DNA of 62,371 nucleotides, the filler included, from Stramenopiles sp. TOSAG23-6 (lineage: Eukaryota), in assembly GCA_900128565.1 (NCBI GenBank). It is 26 parts of 26 records of this genome, joined end to end, with 100 filler letters (N's around TTAATTAATTAA, not from the genome) between each part and the next. Parts side by side here need not be neighbours in the genome. Positions count along the whole stretch, not along the records: positions 12,088 to 14,401 come from LT638138.1; positions 14,502 to 16,812 come from LT638139.1; positions 16,913 to 19,222 come from LT638140.1; positions 19,323 to 21,631 come from LT638141.1; positions 21,732 to 24,038 come from LT638142.1; 21 more parts are not named here. One strand, 5' to 3'. Position numbers and translations under genes: made by a program. The notes below the pieces were generated by a model. It ran no database searches. It worked only from the letters and a program-made list of their open reading frames with translations, and was not told the DNA's origin. Below are positions 11,988 through 24,138 of the stretch, in pieces. Each line of letters starts with the position of its first letter. The stretch's first letter is position 1.

Positions 11988-12164
11988 NNNNNNNNNNNNN
12001 NNNNNNNNNNNNNNNNNNNNNNNNNNNNNNNTTAATTAATTAANNNNNNNNNNNNNNNNNNNNNNNNNNNNNNNNNNNNNNNNNNNNGTTAGGTACAAAA
12101 TTTCGTATGAAAAATTAAAATTTCAAAAAAAAAAAATTAAATTCGAAATTCATATAAAACATAC

Positions 12165-13072
12165 ATGGTACGTAACCCTTCAACATACACTCCAGTCCGT
12201 GGATGTTCTCTGATGCGTAACGATTTTTTTTTTATGTTTTTATTTTTTGGTGAAATAGTTTGATTTTCTTGTTCTTGTGGTGAAAATAAATCTCTAATTC
12301 TTTCATTATAAATTTCTAAATACGAAATTTCAATGGACACGAAATTCAAAGTTTCATCATCAGATATATTTGTTGGTATGTCCTGTGCTGCTGACTGGAC
12401 ATCAATATCCGCTGACGTAGAACAAATATATCTTGTTTTATCTCTTTCAAATAAAGCGCGACATATACGTGGAATTAAACCAATTTTATTACTTTGTCTT
12501 TGACCATTTTTCTTTTCTTTGGTACAAAATTCTGTACCTATGTCTTCACCAAACATTGTATATGTCTTTCCAGATCCAGTTTGTCCATATGCAAACATGG
12601 AACAGTTATATCCTTCAAACGCATTTTCTAAGATGTAATTTCCTAAATCATTAAAAATATCTTCTTGTGATGCAATATTTGAAGCATAGGGATGTATTAA
12701 TTGTTCTTGTGTGTCAATATCAACACTTTGTGACGATTGAGACTCGATTTCAGGGGAAGAATAAGAAAAATCAAAATTGAACGTTCTTGTCAATCCTTTC
12801 AATGATTCCATTATATCTATACTTTCATTTCTGTTTGTTGTGTTTGGAATATTTGCTTCATCTAAAGCGGATGGCTCAACAATTATTGTACTTTTACCTG
12901 ACATTGTACAGATATTTCTCGCACCACCAGCGATCTCTCTAGCATTAAGCGGTCGAACTCTTACAGCAACCTGTACAGCAGATGAACTTGAATCCAAATG
13001 TACACTCGGAGTAGAATCAGATACAGATGGTTGCATTGTTAATAAAGAAGAATTTACTGTAACATTACTCAT
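12165..13072 (-). CDS. Kinesin-3 family motor, N-terminal part
   Basis: VQVAVRVRPLNARE, FNFDFSY, GYNCSMFAYGQTGSGKTYTM, EISYLEIYNERIRDL, LRIREHPRTGVYVEGL. Confidence 0.9.
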
Positions 13073-13332
13073 TGTAATCAAAGTTTTGAAGCGTTGCTTG
13101 ATTGCAAATTTGCAAACAATTGAATGAATTTATTTTTTTTCATTGTGACGTTTTTTGTTTTTTGTTTTTTGACGTTTGAATAATAGCTTCTAGGGTATTT
13201 AGGGTTAGGGTTATATATATGGCATTCTAGTCATCAAAGTTAAAAAAAAAACGATTCACAATGCAATATAATAGTTTATTATATTCACCTAAAATCAAAA
13301 TCAATTCAATTTTCATCTCATTTGTTTTGGTT

Positions 13333-14112
13333 TTACATAAAATCATCATCATTATAATAATCATCATAACCTCCCTGCATCCAATCATCATCTCTCATGG
13401 TCTTNACAACTTTTTTAACTTTATTTTTTTTCTTCTTTGTTTTAATTCCAGCTTTTTCTTGTTTAATTTTTGCTGATTTTTGAACATTTACAAGTTTTCC
13501 TAATGCCTGATAATCTTTTGAATCCATCAATGGGTTTATTGCCCGTATAAACTCAGAACATGCTGCTAATACACCAATACGGTCGCCATTGGAAACCATA
13601 CTATTTGTCANAAGTTTGANAATTTCGGTATGATCTTCAACAGTATTCAATTGAAGATTCTGTAACAAAATTTCAAGCGTTTCACCTTTTTGTTCTCGAA
13701 CAGCAATAGGTTGAGGGGCTCTACTGAGTGAACCAACGCCGTCTTCGTCTTCTTCGTTGTTTTCAACAGCAACGCCACCTCCATCAAATAGATCTGCACA
13801 AATTGCATTATCAGACTGTTCTACCATCCGAGTAGCATACGCTTTATCCGTTTCACCTTCCATTCGCGTATCGTCTATCAAACCCAAAGCTTTATTTCGC
13901 ATTTTTTCTTCCAATGCTTGGCGTTTCTCGCGCAATTCACGTTCCTTTGCACGTTTTTGATGTTTAGGCTTATTCATGTCAGGAACTGCCGCCGCCTTTG
14001 GAACAGGTGGAGGTGCTACATCGACACACTCCTCTTCATCAGAGAAGTTAGGTGCATCATTATCCTCCGCAAAGTCGGGGACTTCAAATTCGTCATCATC
14101 CCAATCACTCAT
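13333..14112 (-). CDS. EIF3J: Translation initiation factor eIF3 subunit J (intronless)
   Basis: Acidic MSDWDDDEF start, VEQSD...DLF, lysine-rich region and the characteristic DDDFM C-terminus. Confidence 0.8.
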   Translation of the reverse strand: MSDWDDDEFEVPDFAEDNDAPNFSDEEECVDVAPPPVPKAAAVPDMNKPKHQKRAKERELREKRQALEEKMRNKALGLIDDTRMEGETDKAYATRMVEQSDNAICADLFDGGGVAVENNEEDEDGVGSLSRAPQPIAVREQKGETLEILLQNLQLNTVEDHTEIXKLXTNSMVSNGDRIGVLAACSEFIRAINPLMDSKDYQALGKLVNVQKSAKIKQEKAGIKTKKKKNKVKKVXKTMRDDDWMQGGYDDYYNDDDFM

Positions 14113-14873
14113 TGTTATTCTAAAATAATCGTATATACAGCGCTCTCGTATTAATTACAAAATGACATGGGTAGTACACACGAAGGGGATGATGATGATG
14201 CAGATGCAGTCAGTTCGCGCAGTTCCCGGTACTAGGCTTTCGATTTCGTTTTTTTTTCGTTTGAATCAAGGATAGTTTGAATTGTGTTTCAACTTTTTTC
14301 ATGTACAAAACTCGGATAACTTATTTTTCAAGTATTTATACTTCTTTAGAATTTAGATTTACAATTTACAAATTGTTTCTTTTGTTTTGAGATAACCACA
14401 GNNNNNNNNNNNNNNNNNNNNNNNNNNNNNNNNNNNNNNNNNNNNTTAATTAATTAANNNNNNNNNNNNNNNNNNNNNNNNNNNNNNNNNNNNNNNNNNN
14501 NGGATCTCTAATTGGGTTGTGTTGTTCAATAGCTCTAGCTAATAATTGATCATTAGAGCAGTTTCATTACCAAGAGAATCTTGGGAATCCTTATGGCCTT
14601 GTTTTGCAGCTACTGTATACCATTTGACTGCACAACCTTGATTTGCAGCTTCGTGAAACGTTTCTGTTTATATTCCATCAATGAAATCGTACCATAGAAC
14701 TCAAGATAAGAGGCGAGACTGAGATCAAGGAAATCCTAAAAAGATTTCAAATTTTTTCTTCGTTCCTGTGTGCGTTCCTGTGTGTCTTCTTTAACACAAT
14801 TTCAAATTCGCTGTGGATTCTGCTGAGTCCATCCGAAAGTTTCTCCACACTCAATAATACTGAGCGTATAACA

Positions 14874-15995
14874 ATGATACACAGTGTACTATTGAAAGTA
14901 CTATTTGCAGTCAGTTTGTCGTACTCAAAAGGAGAAATTCCTAATCAAATAAATGAAACATGCAGAGGACATTGTAAGAACCAGATTCAGATCAGAGGTG
15001 ATTGTCTTGCTAGTGGTGGTTTCTTTACAAAAAAAATGAATCTTATACAGAAGGATGATGATAAAATTTCGGTTCTAAATATTACGGATCATTTATCTAT
15101 TGGAATGGAACTTAATGTTGATCAAGTTTTAGACGTTTCCAAAGACGTGAGTGGATTGGAATTACTCACCACTCGAATAAAACCTGTAACGGGAGAGTTA
15201 GAACTGGATGGTTTCATATCAGTCAGAGGAAGTATTCATTACACTGGAAAAAATAAGGTAGCTAATAGTGATACTACAGAAAAAGTCACTAGTGCATTTT
15301 TAGAAACAGAGTCTTTCATAGACGACGTCAAAAATGTTAGTAATGGATTTTTTAAAACAGTAAAAAAGAGTGCAAATAACATAGTAAATACTATCAAAAA
15401 GACGTTCCAGAATCCACTTGGAGAAGAAATATCTACACACAAAAGTCATCTAAAAAGTAATAATAGTACTAAAAGTGATGGAATTCATTGGATACCTATA
15501 TTTAACGATAATTTTGACAAGGGTATAGTCAGTACACAGTGGATAGTTTCTTCAAGAAATATAGTACCAATAGTCAGTAACATTTTTCGTACTATAAAAG
15601 CTACACATTGTGGTGGTGGTAATTATTTCATGGGGGGCCATTGTGTTTCAGCAACAAGTGGAAACAGTTTTGTCCATAGAAGTATAAACAACTTATTACC
15701 ACATCATCAAATTAGACTATTAGCAAAGGTACATTTTATTGATCAATGGAGAGGTGAACAGATATTTGCTAGTGTTGATGGTCAAATTGTATGGTTAGAT
15801 TCACATACATCAAATAGTAAAATCCCTATAAACTTTTGTGGTGGAAAAACAACTGGAGATCGATTAGCAGTTCCTATCGATGTGATAATTCCTCATACAA
15901 ATTCCAAGTTAAACCTAGCATTTGGAGCACATTTAAAAAATAACGCTTGTGAACAATCTTGGGGTATTGACGATATTGAAATTTTTGTACGATAA
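14874..15995 (+). CDS. Secreted protein with a Cys-containing C-terminal domain (intronless)
   Basis: Signal-peptide-like N-terminus; C-terminal LPHHQIRL...FIDQWRGE...NFCGG...SWGIDD pattern. Confidence 0.65.
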   Translation: MIHSVLLKVLFAVSLSYSKGEIPNQINETCRGHCKNQIQIRGDCLASGGFFTKKMNLIQKDDDKISVLNITDHLSIGMELNVDQVLDVSKDVSGLELLTTRIKPVTGELELDGFISVRGSIHYTGKNKVANSDTTEKVTSAFLETESFIDDVKNVSNGFFKTVKKSANNIVNTIKKTFQNPLGEEISTHKSHLKSNNSTKSDGIHWIPIFNDNFDKGIVSTQWIVSSRNIVPIVSNIFRTIKATHCGGGNYFMGGHCVSATSGNSFVHRSINNLLPHHQIRLLAKVHFIDQWRGEQIFASVDGQIVWLDSHTSNSKIPINFCGGKTTGDRLAVPIDVIIPHTNSKLNLAFGAHLKNNACEQSWGIDDIEIFVR

Positions 15996-16145
15996 TTAAA
16001 AAAAAAAAAAAAGTAAAAAAAAAAAGAGTGCAAATATTCTATAGTCTATACTATATTATACTATATTATATGTATTTCACCTTGTTTATTTTTGAGAAAT
16101 TACACTGAAAACGATAGAAAAAAAAACGATACAAAAAAGTCTTAA

Positions 16146-16739
16146 CTATGCAACATTATTAGGTGGAATTGGAGGATTTACGGAATCACTAGATTGAGAA
16201 TTTGTCGCTTCGCTAATAGTTTCTTTAGTTTCAGAGTTGTTTGGAGCTTTTAATTCAGATAGTGTTTTAATGATGAGTGCTCTTTCCTCAATAAACTGTG
16301 GATCATCATCTTTGTATTTGTGATATGTCTGTAAATATTTAACGAGCATTTCTCGATTTGCATACAATAATGAATGAACTTCAGGCTTCTTTTCAGGATT
16401 TGCCACAAAAACTTTAAAAACATGAAACGCTTCAAATTTAATTTGGTCTGATTTTGATGCCATTGCAGTCATAATTACTTTTAAATTGCGTTTTGAACCA
16501 ATATATCGAATCATTATGTCATAATTTGAACGTTTTAACAAAATTTCGCCGAGAAGTTTCAAAGCTTCTCGCATAGTAACGTATTCTTTAATAGCGAGAA
16601 CTAACTTCGAATGATACATTTCAAAAAAAGCTTCGTAATTCTTTTCATCTTCAAGATATTTAGCAAAGTAATCACAGTCAACCATAGTCTTGAAAGTTGC
16701 ACTCGCGTCCGAAGAAACATCAAAGTTGCGATTGTGCAA
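16146..16739 (-). CDS. CAB39: MO25/CAB39 family protein, last exon
   Basis: NFDVSSDASATFK, YVTMREALKLLGEILL, IKFEAFHVFKVFVANP. Confidence 0.92.
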   Translation of the reverse strand: MHNRNFDVSSDASATFKTMVDCDYFAKYLEDEKNYEAFFEMYHSKLVLAIKEYVTMREALKLLGEILLKRSNYDIMIRYIGSKRNLKVIMTAMASKSDQIKFEAFHVFKVFVANPEKKPEVHSLLYANREMLVKYLQTYHKYKDDDPQFIEERALIIKTLSELKAPNNSETKETISEATNSQSSDSVNPPIPPNNVA

Positions 16740-17015
16740 ATGTATTTTGGAAAAATATTTCAAAATTTTTTACAAAAAAAAAAATTGTTAGGTACAAAAT
16801 TTCGTACGAAAANNNNNNNNNNNNNNNNNNNNNNNNNNNNNNNNNNNNNNNNNNNNTTAATTAATTAANNNNNNNNNNNNNNNNNNNNNNNNNNNNNNNN
16901 NNNNNNNNNNNNTTTTTAAAATTTGATTTTTTTCCTTAATTTTTTTTTTTTTTTTGGTAAAAAAATTTCGTACCTAACAAATTTCAAATGTTTGAAATAT
17001 TTTCTTATAATATAC

Positions 17016-19142
17016 TCCGATACATTGCTGCATTATATTGGTCAATTATGACTCTAGGAACTATGGGATATGGTGATATTATAGCTGTAACAGGATCTGA
17101 AATGTGGTTAGCAATAATAATAATGTTGTTTGTTTTAGTTTTTTCAATTTCAGATTTATTTTTTTTTATAGAGAATTCCGTACCTAACAATTTTTTTTTC
17201 CAAATATTTTTTCACAAGACATAGTAGGTAGTTCAATATATGCTTATGTAACAGGTTCTGTGTTTGAATTAGTCACTGCAATGAATGAAGATGAAATTCA
17301 TTATGCTAGTTCTGTTGATCAAATGAATAGATTTTGTAAAGACTCTAATATGTTTTATTTTTTTTCAATTTCGAATGTAGTGTTTTTTTTTCGTACGAAA
17401 TTTCGTACCTAACAAATTTTACAAAAAAAAGATATTTTTTCACAATAAATGTACACCTATTGAAACTAGACTTCGTCTTCGGAGATATTTTATGAATTGT
17501 AAAGGTGTTTTTAAAGAACAATATACTCATAAAGTATTAGAGCATATGTCACCAGGATTACGTCAAGAAGTAACCAAATACACGTTAGGTACATTTTCAC
17601 TATTCATTTCAATTTCAAATTTGTTTTTCATTTGAAATTGTTTCTAAAAAAATTAAAAATTTTATATTTTTTATTTTCATACCAAATTGTCAAATTGTAT
17701 ATCTTACCATTCTAATATCTTTGACATATTTTTCCACTTATAGGTCCTTGTATTAAAAGCGTTTATTTTTTTCGTGGAGGAAATAATGAATCATTGTTTA
17801 TTGCACAAATAGCAAGTGCTTTAATTCGAAAAGGTTTCCCTGCCGGAGAACAACTTGTACATTGTCTAATTTAATTTCAAATTTATTTTTTCATATGAAA
17901 TTTCGTACCTAACATTTTTATTTTTTTTTTTTAAATGAAAATTTCATACCTAACATATACCAAATTTTTGAAATATTTTTTCACAATACTTATATTTGCC
18001 GGAGAAGAGGCGCTGAAAATGTATATCATACAAAAAGGTTTAGTAAATACAACTGGGAAAATATTTAGACGTGGTGATGTTTTAGGTACGGATATTGTGC
18101 TAGGAAAAAGACGTACGTTTTCATCATGAAATTCAAATGTATATTTTTTTTTGTAGAACATTTTGTACGTAACGATTTTTTTTTTTTTAATACAAAATTA
18201 TATACCTAACAATTTTTTTTTTACAAAACATTTTTTTTTCACAATATATGTCTATATTCTGCGACATGTCTTTTATTTACTGATGTGATGGTTTTACAAA
18301 AAAAAGATTTTGATAAAATACTACAAGTATGTTTTATTTTTTTTAATTTCGAGTTTTTTTTTCGTACGTAATTTTGTACCTAACGAGTTTTTTTTTCTAA
18401 AATATTTTTTCACAATACAAAGTAATGATTTTACATATCAAAAAAATAAAATTCGAATTTCTGCAAATTGGATTTTTGCACGTAGTAGAATAAGAGCATT
18501 GGGGAAAATGATACGATTATGTCGAAATATGACATTATCAGAATCAATAGCAATAGGAAAACGAATGTATGTTTTTTCATCATGAATTTCAAATTTAGTT
18601 TTTTTTTTTGTAGTAGATTTTGTACCTAAGGATTTTTTTTATGACTCACCAAAAACAAATATATATATATATATATATAATACATGTATGTTGACGCGTG
18701 GAATGAAATTAAGCCTGCTGTGTTTATAGTATTAAAAAGGGCTGGAGTAAAATCAAAACAAAAGCAAAAGTACAACCCTAACCCTAAAGAGGACAAAAAT
18801 TCTAATTCTTTAAGTATTGGTGACCTTGACAGTAGTATTGATATCCTATCTAAAACTCCTCAACTGTTCAGGCAGCATTACTTCCCTCTCCATATTGAAT
18901 TATCTCGTAAACTAGTACAGGAATTACTACTTAGACAAGATATAATAGTACAAAAAGCTTGTGAAAATTTTGTAAAACCAACTCATAATAAATTCATACA
19001 AGATGTTGAACAGTTTACTGCTGCCGCTTCACTAAAAGTATCACAAAAAATAGCGCATCCTATACAGCATGCAATTTTTTTAGGACTATGTATACTAGTA
19101 TTATCAGCTTCAATCACTGGACTATGTTGTTTAGCCATCTAA
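17016..19142 (+). CDS. Cyclic-nucleotide-binding-domain K+ channel (KCNH/CNG-like), C-terminal half, 8 exons
   Basis: Pore YWSIMTLGTMGYGDI, S6 ML|VGSSIYAYVTG, C-linker SPGLRQEV, CNBD FPAGEQL|IFAGEEALKMYIIQKG. Introns: 17128-17222, 17348-17450, 17589-17743, 17857-17991, 18113-18249, 18327-18420, 18567-18685. Confidence 0.85.
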
Positions 19143-19372
19143 GTATGTGTGTCATACAGTATATATTTTGAACTGCTTTTTTTACACCCACAATAAATGA
19201 ATGACTTTATTTTTTTGAAATANNNNNNNNNNNNNNNNNNNNNNNNNNNNNNNNNNNNNNNNNNNNTTAATTAATTAANNNNNNNNNNNNNNNNNNNNNN
19301 NNNNNNNNNNNNNNNNNNNNNNCGAAATTTTGTACCTAACAAATTTCGAATTTAATTTTTTTTACAATACAT

Positions 19373-20037
19373 GTGGGATAGATTTCAGAAGCGAAGTTTA
19401 GAATGGAAAACTGAAAAAGAAAAAATTAAGCCATTTTTATTAGAAGCGGATGATGTTACAATACACAAAGAGCTCAGTAGAATTGAACCCAAATTAAAGA
19501 ATACTATGAAAGCACATCGAATACAACAAAAGTTAAATGGAAATTCATTCGATGGTGTATGTTTTCATCGGGGATTTTAAATTTATTTTTGTTTGTACCA
19601 AAATCTGTACCTAATGATTTTTTTAGTAAAAAAAATATTTTTTCACAACACATGACTCTCGATCCAAGAAAAGAAGAAAATGGTACAAATGTACTGGAAC
19701 TAGGTTTTGTGTTTTTGTCTTTAGTGTAATTTTGCTTCCAGTTTTTTTTCTAGGACTTCGTTTGCTCTACGTAACGTCACAACACATTAATGCAGGTGTG
19801 TTTTATGCTCAACAAAATCCATATCGTGGGATTGATAGTCTTGTTAATCAGGTATATACACCAACTTGGTATTCTGATCATTGGTATAATTCATGGGATA
19901 CTGATAATCCAAAACATCAAACTCCTTCTGTATTAAAGGCAACTCCAATTTCGAAGAATCCAATTTTTATGAAGCCTCTAGAAGTTATCAATATTGATAG
20001 AATAAAGAGAGAAACGATGGCTCTTGACGCTACATGA
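19373..20037 (+). CDS. Hypothetical single-pass membrane protein C-terminus (GT-AT intron 19557-19653)
   Basis: SFDG|DSRSKKRRKW joins in frame to the TM-containing ORF ending at 20037. Confidence 0.55.
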
Positions 20038-20325
20038 TGATAATATACGTTGTAATAAAAATCATGGAATTTTGAATAAATAAGTCCCCCCTAAATATCT
20101 AGTAAGAAGAATTTTAAATATAAGTATTTCTTTATACTATAAAAATGAACATATTCACTTGAGCATGATTTCACAAATTAAATACTCATCCAAATAGTCT
20201 CAATAAAGTTTTCCCAGAAACACTGGTATTCTTTTCTGCGATTATTATATAACATCGCTTTTTGAAAATAAAAGTTTTGCTATACTAAGTTACAAAATCT
20301 TTATAAACACAAAACTTTACAGAAT

Positions 20326-21542
20326 TCACCGAGATACACCCGTATCCTTGAGTTTTTGTAACACTTCAGCAGCTGCTGAAGGGATTCTTGTTCCTGGACC
20401 AAATATAGAAGACACACCAGCATCTTGAAGGAAGGTATAATCTTGAGGGGGAATGACCCCACCACATACAACTAGTACATGACCAAAGTCTTCGGCTTCG
20501 AGTGCTTTAATCAGAGCAGGAACAAGTGTTTTGTGCCCAGCTGCTTGAGAACTCACACCAACTACATGTACATCAGCATCAACAGCTTGCCGTGCAACTT
20601 CTTCAGGAGTATTGAATAATGGTCCTACATCTACGTCAAAGCCAAGATCTGCAAACCCAGTCGCAATTACTTTAGCACCGCGATCGTGGCCATCTTGGCC
20701 CATCTTAGCCACCAACATACGAGGCCTCCGACCAACACTCGAAGCAAATTCCTTTACAGCGTTATACGTTGATGCAAACTCAGCTTGTTCATCCGTCAAA
20801 TCTTTAGATTCGTCAACATCTTCTGAACCTGCCATAAATTGTGAAGAATATGCACCATCAACTACACTATTGACCGCTTTGTGCCTACCCCATTGAGATT
20901 CCAAAGCATCAGAAATTTCTCCAACCGTACATCGTGCTTTAGCAGCGATAATAGAAAGATGTAATAAGTTAGACGGATGACTACCACTACCAGTGCTCTC
21001 CTGCAATGCTGCAGAATCTCTCAATGCTTGAAGTGCATTTTCCACAGCCTTTGAGTCACGTTTTGAGCGAACATGATTTAGTTTTTTCACTTGTTTTTCA
21101 AAAACGTCGGAATTATCAACAGATAAAACGTCAACACTATCCTGTTCACTAAGGCGATATTTATTTACACCAACCACAACATCCTGACACGTATCAATAC
21201 GAGCTTGTTTTTTTGCACTACTTTCTTCAATACGCATTTTTGGCATACCTTGTTCAATAGCTGCAGCCATTCCGCCTAATGAATCAACTTCATCAATAAT
21301 CTTTATTGCTTCAGCCTTCAGCTCAGCCGTTAGCGACTCCATGAGGTAACTTCCAGCCCATGGATCAACGACCTGACATAAACCTGTCTCTTCCTGTAGA
21401 ATAAGTTGTGTGTTGCGAGCAATTCTAGCAGAAAATTCTGTCGGTAAACCAAGAGCTTCATCGAACGAATTTGTATGTAAAGATTGCGTTCCGCCCATAA
21501 CAGCTGCCATTGCTTCAACAGACGTTCGGACGATGTTATTAT
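20326..21542 (-). CDS. MMUT: Methylmalonyl-CoA mutase, last exon
   Basis: [34 protein letters not shown] and the cobalamin-binding motif [14 protein letters not shown]. Confidence 0.97.
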
Positions 21543-21787
21543 ATATGTTGTGAAAAAATATTTTTTTTTGTAAATACGTTAGGTACAAAATTTCGTACGA
21601 AAAAAAAATCGATTTTTTTGTTAAAAAAAAANNNNNNNNNNNNNNNNNNNNNNNNNNNNNNNNNNNNNNNNNNNNTTAATTAATTAANNNNNNNNNNNNN
21701 NNNNNNNNNNNNNNNNNNNNNNNNNNNNNNNTAGGTACGGAATTTCGTACGAAAAAAAAATATTTGAAATGTATCATGGAAACGTAT

Positions 21788-22287
21788 ATGTTTGTAACAA
21801 AATGTTGTTGCCAGGCTAACTCATGAACAAAACGAACTTTTTTTTGCGAGTTTGGATTTGCACCGCAGTACCCATCGAAGACGTACATCTTATCCAAAGA
21901 ATTAAAATGATCTTGTGCTTTAGCAAAGAGTTTATCAAATACTTCTGGAGAAGTTGGTTGGTTTACACTGCCCCACCAAAGGTTTTTGTCGGATTCACTT
22001 CCAATATTTTTTACTATCCACTTATCACCAGGGGATCGACCAGTAAATTTACCAGTATCTACAGAAAATGTTTCCCCATATTCAGCTTTCATGACAACAC
22101 CTTCATCATTACGCTTTTCATGTTCAAATAACTCTGGGTAGGAAAGGTTGTGGTAGATTGTCTCAGGTCCTGTAATGCCGATACTTTCCAGACAATGAGG
22201 ACGAGCTGGACCAGACATACTCCGTATATTCAATGACATTGATCTTCGGAAGAAAACATTGCACGAACGGACGGAATAAGAAAACAT
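21788..22287 (-). CDS. pckA: ATP-dependent phosphoenolpyruvate carboxykinase, exon 1, with a mitochondrial-type presequence
   Basis: VDTGKFTGRSPGDKWIV, VFDGYCGA, AWQQHFVTN. The intron starts with ATACGTTT at 21787. Confidence 0.93.
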
Positions 22288-22602
22288 AGTTTTGATGTAA
22301 GTAGCTGTAATCGAGTATTATTCGTACAGCTCGGTGCAGTCACGTGAATTTTATTTGTGTCTCAAGTCTCAAAACGTTTAACAGCGGTACTTTGTTGGGG
22401 ATCATTTATATCATGATTCAATACATCAATGAGATCTTTTTGACACGTTTTCCCGCGTCATTCGCGTTTTGATTGACAATTATTTTTACATTAGGTAGTA
22501 AAATTTTGGTACGCAATCCTGATACCCGGTTCCATGTAAGTGTAACTGTCTCTCGAAGCATGTTAACATACTACAACGTAGTGTTTGATTTAAGATTCTA
22601 CA

Positions 22603-24038
22603 ATGGTAAACACGTCAATACCTTTTTTGAAGGAAACATCTATTATGACAATTCCAAATATTCAAAAACAATCGGTCAATCNGCGTAGTATAGCGAAATC
22701 TCATGAAATTTCTCGAAACCAGGACAGAACAAATCAACTGCACTCTAATCAACTTGAAGCTGTCATTCAAAACATACAGAAAATAAGAGAAGTGATATAT
22801 ATTGAATCGTGCAATAAAAATAATCAATTGAATACTTCTAGGGTTCTAAAAGATTGCTTAAATAGTAATACGAATGCCTCTGGGTGGGAAGATGTGCTCC
22901 AATATCTCTCTCGTTACGATACTACAGGTACGCTTATGCATTTCGAAGAGTCTACAAAAAATACTATAATACGTCTATTTTCTTCCTCTACATCCTCTAA
23001 AAGATATCAAAAAGACAAACAAGGAGAAAATGAAATATCCAGTGAAGATTTAACTGATTTTTTTACTCAAAAACCTAAAACAACTAAAAAACCTAAAAAG
23101 CTTACAAATGATGAAACACTATCTAAAAAGGTTGAAGAAATACAAAAACAGAGAATAATAAAATATAGTAAAACACACATCGATGACATTCAAAATTTCA
23201 ATCTTTCCACAAATGTTTCAAAAGTATACACATTGAGTTTGAAAGAAAAGCAAAAATATAAAGAAAAACTTGATATGTTAGTTCAAAAACAACAAAAAGA
23301 AAAAGACAATTTAATAAGAAAATGTAAAGATAAACTGAAAAGAGATGAACAGAAATTAGAAATCTCGGGCTCAAAAAAAAACACCAACACGCGTTAAATA
23401 CATTTTCTCGGAAAGAAAGCAATGCACTCATTAAAGGACATGCAAAACTAGATCAAAGATTTAACGATGATGTGCGTTTTAAAAAGTGAATATTTTGGCC
23501 AAAGTTTTTTATTTCTTTTGAATGGCGAAGTGTTAGAGCTTCTACATCTTTATTTTGATTATCCAAATTCTTTTTTATTATCCAAAAAAAAAAAACTATA
23601 TTTTTTCACAATGCATATAAGAGCTACAGAATCTCCTCAAGAAGTTGCAGAATTGAAACAGCGTCTACGAAATACTCGTGAATTCAATGAAAATGAGTTT
23701 GGTAAAAAAAATGAATATTATGTACAAAAACCTAGCATTGAAACATGCAACGACTGTATATTAACCCTAACCCTAATGAATAATTTTCCATTTTTTTTAA
23801 TATTACATTTTGTACCTAATGAAAACAAACTGTGACAGATTTTATCACAATACATATGAATTTGTTAGAGGCTTCAAATATGCGAGAACGAGTTATTGAA
23901 GATGCTTTACTAAAAGGGAAAATTGCAGTTCTTAAAAAGCAGAATTTGGATAATCAAAATAAAGATGAAGAAGCTCTAACACTTCGCCATTCAAAAGGAA
24001 TAAAAAACTTTGGAGTTCCAATGGATGAAACAATGTGT
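22603..24038 (+). CDS. Hypothetical coiled-coil protein (one apparent 1-nt indel near 23360; diverged family introns 23472-23616 and one ending 23855)
   Basis: Consecutive ORFs can be linked by excising the introns. Confidence 0.45.
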
Positions 24039-24138
24039 NNNNNNNNNNNNNNNNNNNNNNNNNNNNNNNNNNNNNNNNNNNNTTAATTAATTAANNNNNN
24101 NNNNNNNNNNNNNNNNNNNNNNNNNNNNNNNNNNNNNN

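Noticed and set aside
16913-18685. Regularly spaced repeats separated by unique sequence (CRISPR-like)
   Set aside because: The spacers are exons of one eukaryotic gene, the repeats are ~100 nt and variable, and there are no cas genes.
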